DNA of 52,412 bases from a virus (lineage: Duplodnaviria; Caudoviricetes). Positions within the stretch are counted from its first letter, which is position 1. Each line of letters begins with the position of its first letter. Under the pieces are notes generated by a model. It saw only the letters and a list, made by a program, of their open reading frames with translations, did not search any database and had not been told where the DNA came from. The position numbers and the translations under genes are program-made. The DNA lies in the IMG/VR virus record IMGVR_UViG_3300033145_001015, positions 1-52,412 of that record, one strand, 5' to 3'. Below, piece by piece: positions 9,201-16,560 of this stretch.

Positions 9201-10620
9201 TTGCTTCCTGGTTTAATATCCTAGCTTCATGTTCCGCAATTCCTTTCTTGTGATATATTTTCATTACGCCAGGATCAGTATATTCTGCTGGCTTCCCATC
9301 TGGTCCGGTAATAATAAATCCAGTACCAGATTTCTCGACTCCGTAGCCCCCTCCCTCACCCTCGGCAACTGGCGCTTTTAACGCCCCCTGCGTCATCTCG
9401 CGTATAGCCTCCGGCGTTCGCGTAACGGTTTCCGTTTCCGTGGGACCAGCAACACTCTCCTTTAAAATTTCTTTTGCTGTTTTGGCGACCTCCGCCAGCG
9501 CTTCACCCTTAGCCTTGATTTGCTTAGCCTTTTGTTCAACACTTTGCAATCGTGCCTTAGCTGATTTTCCTTCCTCGGGCTTCATGCCCCACTTCTTCCA
9601 CTGATTGCGGGTGGGGGCTTTACCGGACTCCGCGACAGAAAGCATCTCCCTTTCGGCCATTAAGCGTCTGCTAGTTTTAGATGCAGACATCACGGAAGGA
9701 GCCGACACGACGCCCATAGTAAGCAATGTCTGGACAGTTGTATCCGCAACAGTCTGAACCAGGCTGGAGGCGCTGGTGGCGTCAGGATCAACGCCAGACA
9801 CAGCACGAGCCACATTATGACCTAATTCAGTAATGACTTCTTCCGGCAGCTCCTGGAGGGTGTTTATCCCAAGCTGCTTTAGGGCACTCGACACTCCAGT
9901 TGCAACAGCAGCCTTGCCGCCCATTATTTTTTCGACGCCGCCCCATCCGACCGCTTGAAATAACCCGGCGACACTACCCTCAATTACACCCTGAGATACG
10001 GCATAACCAGCCAATTCCTTACCTTTCAAACCGGCGTCCTTGCCCTCCGTAATGGCTGAATCCCATTCAACTACGGCAGCTTGGCCTATTACGCCATAAA
10101 CGCCGAGTGGACTCGCCAGGGCCATCATGGGGACCGTCTCGCCAACACCGCGTAAACCACGCTTTACAATTGGCGGAACAATTCCAGGTTGCTTAATATC
10201 TCGTTCTGCCGCGGCCTGCCTAATGGAATCAGCATAACGATTAAAGTAATCAGCAGTCCTGCGCTGGCCAGTTAGTCTGGCGGGAATAGAAATAAAGTGC
10301 GTCCCAAGGGCAAGAGCCGTAGCACGAAGATTTGGTGCCCATGCACCCGCAAGCTGCTCGCGGCTACGACGAAGCAGGAAATCTTTAGCTTGTCGTATTT
10401 CCTCTGGTGTTTCGGCATAATGTGCCTTGCGAGTAGCAGCTAAGCCAGTCAGGGGTTTGGGTCTATTCATCTCCGCGGCTGGAACCTGCCCGGCAGCCTT
10501 GCGCATCCTGTCGATGTTAGCCCTAATTTCAGCCTCGGGAACCTCGGGGGCATCACGCCATGAGGCAACTTCCTTTTCCTCTTCCTTAAACTTTACGAGA
10601 GGTGCATCTTGCCAGCCCAT
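6277..10620 (-). CDS. Large internal virion / DNA ejection protein (1447 aa)
   Basis: Size, Ala-rich helical N-half, N-terminal WxDAP repeats, last of three genes after the tail genes as in podoviruses. Confidence 0.65.
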   Translation of the reverse strand: MGWQDAPLVKFKEEEKEVASWRDAPEVPEAEIRANIDRMRKAAGQVPAAEMNRPKPLTGLAATRKAHYAETPEEIRQAKDFLLRRSREQLAGAWAPNLRATALALGTHFISIPARLTGQRRTADYFNRYADSIRQAAAERDIKQPGIVPPIVKRGLRGVGETVPMMALASPLGVYGVIGQAAVVEWDSAITEGKDAGLKGKELAGYAVSQGVIEGSVAGLFQAVGWGGVEKIMGGKAAVATGVSSALKQLGINTLQELPEEVITELGHNVARAVSGVDPDATSASSLVQTVADTTVQTLLTMGVVSAPSVMSASKTSRRLMAEREMLSVAESGKAPTRNQWKKWGMKPEEGKSAKARLQSVEQKAKQIKAKGEALAEVAKTAKEILKESVAGPTETETVTRTPEAIREMTQGALKAPVAEGEGGGYGVEKSGTGFIITGPDGKPAEYTDPGVMKIYHKKGIAEHEARILNQEATPEISAVEGEAPSTFDPTAPLMPFIEKLKQQAIEAEPKKKGFLKEETGARPITGGPLGQRARSDVIGGGGEVDISVGRAEVDTRLDAARGMEKPGRLAKLKEGWETVKHYATRAHAYIPNTTEFSAAREVLRLLKVVPHSGKDDAIRINAAILDPLGPKQYELFGRYAQIRNQLAALDLGQPLRHGFANRAEVEAYKVKLEAVIERTPDVKQALESRREAVREVVGAAVAHDLLPESALQNSETYFHQQVMMYHAASAKYAGGSIYQKTKKSFQKHRVAAEGLESLDAEYDYNTDFLESEVSWMADALAGVQQEQLLDTLYRKYDVYEKFSTEAKQRDVSLNKVVREDGTKGIFQADPGNAFYRAFSIPDKIAQKLQSGILESCELTKGQIKTVLAVGNQRRPAVLPKEIVAELEAAKKPQDPNWLTALNDMAIRAWKILSTIGPKRITAYEIRNMTGDLEPALAAHPEIIFEVKAAAIELRKMMKATTPLTQEMKVARNLGTTSSGFFTSEIGNIGMLPTFAHLDAKQKRFWHQATHPVETYLGAVGPLNNFREDLLRYAALRFYRKALAKGELKHFGASKRAVVRQLQKDMGNDVAAAHMSRQLLGDYGNMTVMGEWFRTKLYPFWSFQEINIKRWPRLAINAFQTGENRAETGKVAAKMFAVAATMRLAQGQAALYVWNNIMAPLIWGCDDDDDLPPNERANPHILLGRTADGSMRVFTNVGASGDFLEWLGINEAISMIGKYKAGQVTGTDIIKEMMKSPLEKMVGSLRPDIKGGFEVLTGQSLFPSPFTPRSVDRGEAVAGIVGLRDEFKWVKGMALGDGTRPRKNYWQRFFYRTLDPRALALNEVYDLRMRFLESKGSPRSGVYPVSEYRTARSAAINEDYDAFVDWKKEFQKKHPADYGSRFTSFLRRMDPISSRLNESDEIEFITEYLTNEQRDKLKVAQDYSAELRGTLAVWWEAASKSGNKHAN

Positions 10621-11597
10621 TACTCTTCGCCCCCAGGCTTACGGCGTAACACATCGTCTGGACCAATGAATTTCGCGCCAGGTGGTAATTTCTCATAGTC
10701 AGCGTCAGATGATATATGCGACGCCCCGCCATATTCGGGATCATTCGGCGTCAACGGCGGCATCATGCGATTATTGCCAATTTCCCTATAAGACTCAGCG
10801 GGCTGCTTGCGCCCCGCTGACACCCTGCGCTCCCGCGGAGCACTGAGCAACTCCATTATTTTATTAACTTCCTCGGCTGTTCTGGGACGCTTCATACCGC
10901 CAGCTCCAGCCACATCAGTTGTTAGTAGCTTTATACGGAGATCAAATAACTTCCCCTCGCGCTTCTGCTGTGCGGAAAGTCGCGCTTGATCTAACTTAAA
11001 TTTAGCAAGCTGCGCCTGGCCACCAACTGTTTTTGCTGTGTCAATTTGCCAGGTTTCGCCGTTCTGTTTTCTGGAGGTCATTACACCTTGTTCGTCCCAA
11101 ATATCCCCAACCCCCTTGTTTTCTGGATACGGCGATAGCCTCGGAAGCCAACTTGGCTTGATATGCATTATGATTTCATCGGCCCTAGTGTTTGCATTTG
11201 CAATATCGTCTTTGCTATTCCTCGGGTCATTACTAAATACATTCTGAGCGGAACGAATACGTGAAATCGTGAGCTTTTGTTTTGCTGTATAACGGTACTC
11301 GAAATGCGCAGCATCGAATTGAGCCTTCCTGCGTACTTCCTCCCTGTCGGCTGCCATTGCCGATCCTCTCTGGCGCATAAAGGATGCCTGCTCCCTAGCT
11401 ATCCTTGCTTGATCTTCCCTAACTCTGTAATCAAGGACATCCTCCCTTTCCTGGAAATCAGCTCGTGCCGCAGCTCGTATCTTGGCAGCACGAACTGATG
11501 CTGGATTGCGTTGCTCTCTCTCTAGCATAGACATCCGCCTGTAGTCTATGGAAGTAGGAATTTTCTTGGTATAGCGAATTGATTTTTTTGTAGCCAT
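10620..11597 (-). CDS. Putative internal virion/ejection protein
   Basis: Charged helical protein; C-terminal DYEKLPPGAKFIGPD motif of a kind seen in podophage internal proteins; TAATG coupling to the next gene. Confidence 0.55.
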   Translation of the reverse strand: MATKKSIRYTKKIPTSIDYRRMSMLEREQRNPASVRAAKIRAAARADFQEREDVLDYRVREDQARIAREQASFMRQRGSAMAADREEVRRKAQFDAAHFEYRYTAKQKLTISRIRSAQNVFSNDPRNSKDDIANANTRADEIIMHIKPSWLPRLSPYPENKGVGDIWDEQGVMTSRKQNGETWQIDTAKTVGGQAQLAKFKLDQARLSAQQKREGKLFDLRIKLLTTDVAGAGGMKRPRTAEEVNKIMELLSAPRERRVSAGRKQPAESYREIGNNRMMPPLTPNDPEYGGASHISSDADYEKLPPGAKFIGPDDVLRRKPGGEE

Positions 11598-11609
11598 AAC
11601 ACTTATACC

Positions 11610-12209
11610 CTAAAAAGATGGAAACTGCCACTTAGGAGCCATAGCCTGAATTGCAGCCTGCGTTATCCCAGGCTCAGGATACTTATGCTCAAAGCCCTGC
11701 ATTACACCAAGTTTAGCCTGCATCTCGGCATCACTGACACGGTTCAATGCACCCTGCCGTTCGCGTTGAATGCCAGATTGAAGCGTTGGGGCAACGGTAG
11801 TATTTGACATACCAAGCCTAGCTAGATTTTGCATGGCACCAGCTTCCTGCTGGCCATACTGGCTCATCACGTCAGCTCTCTGTTGCCCTGAGGTCGTACC
11901 CACAACACCGAGCGCCTGTTGATACTTAGCTTCATTTGCAGTCCTAGCCTCATGGAATGCTCGATTATATTCGTTAATCATTCCAGTTAAACCGCTAGTC
12001 TGCTGTTGCTGCTGTTGCGAGAACTCTCGCCAGAGGTCCGTTCTTGCCTTAAATTGATGAGCTTGCTGACCCAGCTGCCATTGTAATCCTTGCAATTGTG
12101 CTTCTGCCCCAATCCTGGCGGACTGGTAGCCGGGATCGCGCGTGAACATACCTTGGCCACCGACTCGCGGTATCGTTCGCCCCTGAACAGCGCCTATCAT
12201 GCTACTCAT
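11610..12209 (-). CDS. Putative ejection (DNA transfer) protein, Gln/Ala/Gly-rich
   Basis: Composition and position; AAGGAG SD. Confidence 0.55.
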   Translation of the reverse strand: MSSMIGAVQGRTIPRVGGQGMFTRDPGYQSARIGAEAQLQGLQWQLGQQAHQFKARTDLWREFSQQQQQQTSGLTGMINEYNRAFHEARTANEAKYQQALGVVGTTSGQQRADVMSQYGQQEAGAMQNLARLGMSNTTVAPTLQSGIQRERQGALNRVSDAEMQAKLGVMQGFEHKYPEPGITQAAIQAMAPKWQFPSF

Positions 12210-12237
12210 TTTTGTCTCCTTCCTTAATTTCCTTGTC

Positions 12238-13368
12238 TTATTCTTCTTCGGTAATGAAAGTTTTTTCCTTCGATCTCACTACCAAAGCCCCACCGGATGA
12301 TGCATGAACTGCATCAATAAACATCTCCTGAAGTACCCCATCTTTGTATAATTCCATCACAACAGTAAGCCTGCTCTCGGAACTTCCGCCCGATGTACCC
12401 ATACACGGCTCCCCAACCCCGTAAGTTGCAGACGCCGTATACGTAACCTTAAACGTCATGCCTTTCCTGCCAGTTCGCACATACGCAGCAGAGGGCGAAA
12501 TCCACCCGTAATCACCGAAGTCACCAGTTGTCACTTCCGTAATTGTAGTTTCATAGACATGCCCCACATTAAACACAGAGTCCATATACGTAAGAGATTC
12601 CCTTTGACCCATCACATTTCCCTGGCTACACTCTATCTCAATTTTGCCCCTTTCGGTATGACTACCAGTTACCCAAGAAAGAGAATGCCACACGTCGCCA
12701 GATGTTTGGTATGCCGCCCTAACCTTTAATTCCCAAACGGTTTCTATATTAGTTACAGAAGCATCACTTCCATATATTCTATTATAGCCGGGATATGGTA
12801 CATGATCTGGACCAATACCTCCCCAGTACGCACTACTAGACGGACCCACCCTAAAGGAATATGCCACATCACCATCTTCTGTGTTGTCATCCTCGCCCGC
12901 CAACCAAATCTTGCGCGGGTTATCCCACGCCATGTGGCCGGACCCATAATGAGGGAATTCCACAAAAGTAGTATATTCTTCAGAAACCGCCTGGTCCCTT
13001 CCTTCGTCGTCATTTCTCGTAACTACCGGGACAAATATCGACGCCTTTTTGGGTGCTTTCGACAATACAATATAGAAGAAATTTCTTCCATAACCCTTAT
13101 AGTCAACGCGCTTGTTGACATTACCGCGATCTTCCTCCCGTGTCTGCATTCCACTTGTCGGATATACTATAATACGCGGTGCAGTTGGTGGGTCGCCTGG
13201 CTTGTCGTCATCATCACTCGGCTTACCTCCACCAGGCAACCCTGGCCACTCGTAATCCCTCCAGTCAAACCCAGGCGGAAACGGCCCAGGCCACGGCCAG
13301 TCGCCCCAACCTGGCGGTCGCTCGTCCTCTACTGTGACAGCAGGTTTTGCAGTGTAAGCTCCGCCCAT
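12238..13368 (-). CDS. Putative virion protein with Calx-beta/cadherin-like Ig module
   Basis: PTSGMQTRE...FYIVLSKAP...EG...WDNPRKIWLAGEDDNTEDGDVAY matches the pattern of Calx-beta-like repeats of bacterial surface proteins; Pro/Trp-rich N-terminus. Confidence 0.55.
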   Translation of the reverse strand: MGGAYTAKPAVTVEDERPPGWGDWPWPGPFPPGFDWRDYEWPGLPGGGKPSDDDDKPGDPPTAPRIIVYPTSGMQTREEDRGNVNKRVDYKGYGRNFFYIVLSKAPKKASIFVPVVTRNDDEGRDQAVSEEYTTFVEFPHYGSGHMAWDNPRKIWLAGEDDNTEDGDVAYSFRVGPSSSAYWGGIGPDHVPYPGYNRIYGSDASVTNIETVWELKVRAAYQTSGDVWHSLSWVTGSHTERGKIEIECSQGNVMGQRESLTYMDSVFNVGHVYETTITEVTTGDFGDYGWISPSAAYVRTGRKGMTFKVTYTASATYGVGEPCMGTSGGSSESRLTVVMELYKDGVLQEMFIDAVHASSGGALVVRSKEKTFITEEE

Positions 13369-13571
13369 TACTTAATCCCCAGCTCATCACATTTCTCAAG
13401 CAGTACGCTCCATTCAGCTATTTGCTCATCAAGTGACGCAATTTCATTCTTTTTTTGCTCACGCAACATCTGCAATCTGCACTCAATATCAATTCGCCCA
13501 AAGGTAAGTGATTGCACGCTTGTCCTGTCGCGTTTAATCTTAGTTGAACTGTGTTTACTGAACTTATCCAT
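13368..13571 (-). CDS. Small coiled-coil protein (possible fibre chaperone)
   Basis: Directly downstream of the fibre gene; heptad-like C-half. Confidence 0.5.
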   Translation of the reverse strand: MDKFSKHSSTKIKRDRTSVQSLTFGRIDIECRLQMLREQKKNEIASLDEQIAEWSVLLEKCDELGIK

Positions 13572-13579
13572 AGCATCCC

Positions 13580-15001
13580 TTAGTTATTGAGCTTTAAAAA
13601 CCCCTGGTCCAACGTTGCGGTATTATCGGCATGAGCATTGTCCCATTGGAAGGTAACGGTAACACCGCCAACAGCCGTTGTGTCAACTGTAGTGGACGAT
13701 GTATTGGTATGCACCTTTGAATCCTTGACTTCAATATCGCCATGACTTGAAATCGTTCCAGTAGCCCCAATCGTCCTTACGGTAAACGTGAGCCTATAAC
13801 ACATCGGATCATTAGCGGCCTGCCCCGGCGTACAGGCCAATGTGACAAGCGTGACCCCATCAACCTTAACGCGAATTGTAAGTGTGGCTGAAGCATTCTG
13901 TGTTGATGCTTTACCATACCCAAGTACAGTATATACTTTTCCAGCAGCTAATATATTCGCCGGTAACACCGCTGTGAAAACCGTTATCTCTGCCGTTGTG
14001 TTTGCTGCTGTCGCTGCGGTGGTTATTACGTCACTAGCCCTTGAGATAACCCTACGCGCCCCGCTACCAGTGATATAAAATCGCGTGCCATCGTACTCTA
14101 TCGTTCCGGCTTCCGGGGTCGTAAGATTCGTGCCTGAGGTTAATTTCAGTGGTGCTGTGCCTGCCGCTGCTGAACCTGCACGAAGCGTAAGCCAGGCGGT
14201 AGGCGGTATATTCACCCCAACCTGTGCATTAAATGTAAGGTCTTGTGCCACCGCAGTTGAGGCGAACGCACCGTACATCATCGCCTTGACGCGAGCATCG
14301 GCTTCATTTGTCCTTGGGGCATTATCAATAAATAATTTACCAGAACCAGTCTCCCAATATCCAGCTTGCTTTCCAATACATATACTACCGTTTCCGGTAA
14401 CGCGATACCCGGCGTAATAGCCTATACCTATGTTATAGCTGCCGGTAACAGTACCCAGTGAAGCGACCCCTATCCCGGCGTTCGCCAAGCCAGCGGCACA
14501 AACCCCCAGGGAACTGTAGCCAAAACACATATTCTCGTTGCCGGTTGTTAAATTATCCCCGGCAAAAACACCAATTGCTACATTTTGATTCCCAGTCGTA
14601 AGGCTCTTAAGCGCCTGCCGTCCAATCCCTAAATTACGGGAAGCCCTGGAGGACGCACCGCCCGCTGGACTCATTGTAAAATTACCAGCCCGATCTCCAA
14701 TAAATAAATTCAAACCATCGGCTCCGGCAGGATGATACGAATGTATTAAGCTGTAGGAGTCTTGTTTTATTACTCCAATTGCAGAATCAGTAGTATTAGG
14801 TAAATCGAAACACTTGGATTTCAATGTCACGCCATCAAATAGTAAATTATAAGTATCCTCCAGAACGCCATCAACGCCGACCAGCACAACACGACCGGAC
14901 GTGAGTGCTGAGTTTGTTATGCCGGGGCACACTATTACATCACCGGCAGCAGTCTGCCGTACTTGCCCAGCATCAATTACTAATGGTGCTTTATCTGCCA
15001 T
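13580..15001 (-). CDS. Tail fibre / spike protein
   Basis: N-x-x-I-G-x-x-A beta-roll repeats (NVAIG, NIGIG), PEAGTIEYDG motif, Thr-rich beta C-terminal domain; start re-called at ATG 15001 (MADKAPLV). Confidence 0.75.
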   Translation of the reverse strand: MADKAPLVIDAGQVRQTAAGDVIVCPGITNSALTSGRVVLVGVDGVLEDTYNLLFDGVTLKSKCFDLPNTTDSAIGVIKQDSYSLIHSYHPAGADGLNLFIGDRAGNFTMSPAGGASSRASRNLGIGRQALKSLTTGNQNVAIGVFAGDNLTTGNENMCFGYSSLGVCAAGLANAGIGVASLGTVTGSYNIGIGYYAGYRVTGNGSICIGKQAGYWETGSGKLFIDNAPRTNEADARVKAMMYGAFASTAVAQDLTFNAQVGVNIPPTAWLTLRAGSAAAGTAPLKLTSGTNLTTPEAGTIEYDGTRFYITGSGARRVISRASDVITTAATAANTTAEITVFTAVLPANILAAGKVYTVLGYGKASTQNASATLTIRVKVDGVTLVTLACTPGQAANDPMCYRLTFTVRTIGATGTISSHGDIEVKDSKVHTNTSSTTVDTTAVGGVTVTFQWDNAHADNTATLDQGFLKLNN

Positions 15002-15002
15002 A

Positions 15003-15485
15003 TCAGAGCTTAATCGGAGGCTCGACGCCAATTTCCATTTCGGTTGTGCTGGTAGCCAGCCCAACGCGCACAACAAACTGGCCAGCGGTTGAGGGGGCAG
15101 TATCGGTAAGCATACCAGCGGTAGACGGGTCGAGGTAGTAGACTGTACCGGCAGTCAAGCCGCCAGAATCCCCCGTCACCGCGTCCCACTGGCCAGTAGT
15201 CGCCGCCAGAACGCCATCAGTCTGAATCTCGCCTGAACCGGCAATTCCAATAGTAGTGTCACGAACAAGCCCCAGTAGCTCAACAGTGCCAGAAGCATCG
15301 GCTTTTCCGAGATCAACTGAGTCATTTCCATCGGGGTATACCGGCGAACCAATAACGATTGCCCCCGCGTTACTGTTTGTTGCAACGACAATATCAACAG
15401 CAGTCATTGGTGCATCTAGCGTATCGCCAGATTGCAATTGTTGCACTTGACCAGATGAGATTACGAGTGGTTTTTTGAGTGCCAT
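15003..15485 (-). CDS. Virion structural/appendage protein
   Basis: LTAGTVYYL...G-x-L-T-x-T-A-P...RVG-x-A motif common in phage fibre/decoration proteins. Confidence 0.65.
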   Translation of the reverse strand: MALKKPLVISSGQVQQLQSGDTLDAPMTAVDIVVATNSNAGAIVIGSPVYPDGNDSVDLGKADASGTVELLGLVRDTTIGIAGSGEIQTDGVLAATTGQWDAVTGDSGGLTAGTVYYLDPSTAGMLTDTAPSTAGQFVVRVGLATSTTEMEIGVEPPIKL

Positions 15486-15495
15486 GCTTTTTTCC

Positions 15496-16560
15496 TCACA
15501 GTAGTATGGGTTGTGAAATTTCTATGTCTAAAGTTGTAACTGATGTCGCATGTCCCACACGAGTAACGTGTGATCCCGATGTCGCTGGTGCAGTATCGGT
15601 AATTTTTCCGTGAACTCCCGGCGAATAAGTGTCAATCTTGAATTCGATTTCACGCTGATATTTCAGTACAATAGTCGAACCGCTAACGCCAAGTAATTGA
15701 TAGTACCTATAGCCAATTGTATTTCCGTTCAGCTCAGTTTGTGTTTGTGTGAGAACTCCAGCGAGCGTGAAGGAGTTACCAATGTTCACCCAATCAACTG
15801 CGTTGTCTGATCCCTGCCACCGCCACACACCCTGAGCGTCCGCAAGCCCCTGATACCATTTGGCTTCAGTAATCAACTTTGATATGCCTTCACCGAAATC
15901 AAATCTAATATATAATCCCGCTACATCTTGAGTCTTGAGCCAAAAAACACCGTCAGCAAAAGCTCCATCAATTAACCTTGTCCAGTCGCCGGTTCTCAGA
16001 ACGTCGCTCGTAATCGTAATTAACGATGTACGATCACCAGTTCCCCCGGCATTAGCGTAAGACGGAACACCCTCTGCGCCAACTTGCTCGGCAAGATAAT
16101 AGTCTACACCAGGTGTAAGTTCAGCAGCTCCAGCTATTGCTGTCCAGTTGTCTATTGATAACTTACCATCAGCCCTGAATTTAACCGCAGTGCCAGCGCC
16201 TTTTGCTTCAGTAGCAAACCCACCAACCTTATAACCGCTTGCTGAATCCGCGTATGCTAAATCGACAGTTCCGCCAGCCTTAATATACAGGGCGTGACCG
16301 ACTGCAACATCACTATCCGTCTCCGCGGAGTAATCCTCAATTGTTTCCTCGATAGCAGTAACTCTTACATCGAGCGCAGTAACATCAGATTCAATATCGT
16401 CGATATTGTCCTCGATGTCATCAATTTCGCCTTCGATAACTACAATATCAGCTTCAACCACGTCAATCGCATCGCTCAGCTCACCTGCACTATGCTCAAC
16501 ACGCTGAAATGCTTGACGCACTTCTGCCGGGCTGTTCGTGTTAGGGATACGATTTGCCAT
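15496..16560 (-). CDS. Virion appendage protein: coiled coil + structural domain with inserted discoidin (F5/8C)-like module
   Basis: Acidic heptads; IRFDFG, WRWQGSDNAVDW, YRYYQL, EIEF motifs; flanks paralogous to 15003-15485. Confidence 0.65.
   Translation of the reverse strand: MANRIPNTNSPAEVRQAFQRVEHSAGELSDAIDVVEADIVVIEGEIDDIEDNIDDIESDVTALDVRVTAIEETIEDYSAETDSDVAVGHALYIKAGGTVDLAYADSASGYKVGGFATEAKGAGTAVKFRADGKLSIDNWTAIAGAAELTPGVDYYLAEQVGAEGVPSYANAGGTGDRTSLITITSDVLRTGDWTRLIDGAFADGVFWLKTQDVAGLYIRFDFGEGISKLITEAKWYQGLADAQGVWRWQGSDNAVDWVNIGNSFTLAGVLTQTQTELNGNTIGYRYYQLLGVSGSTIVLKYQREIEFKIDTYSPGVHGKITDTAPATSGSHVTRVGHATSVTTLDIEISQPILL

Noticed and set aside
6277-10620. 1447-aa protein as tape measure or virion RNA polymerase
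   Set aside because: No tail tube/chaperone genes and no polymerase catalytic motifs seen; context fits an ejection protein
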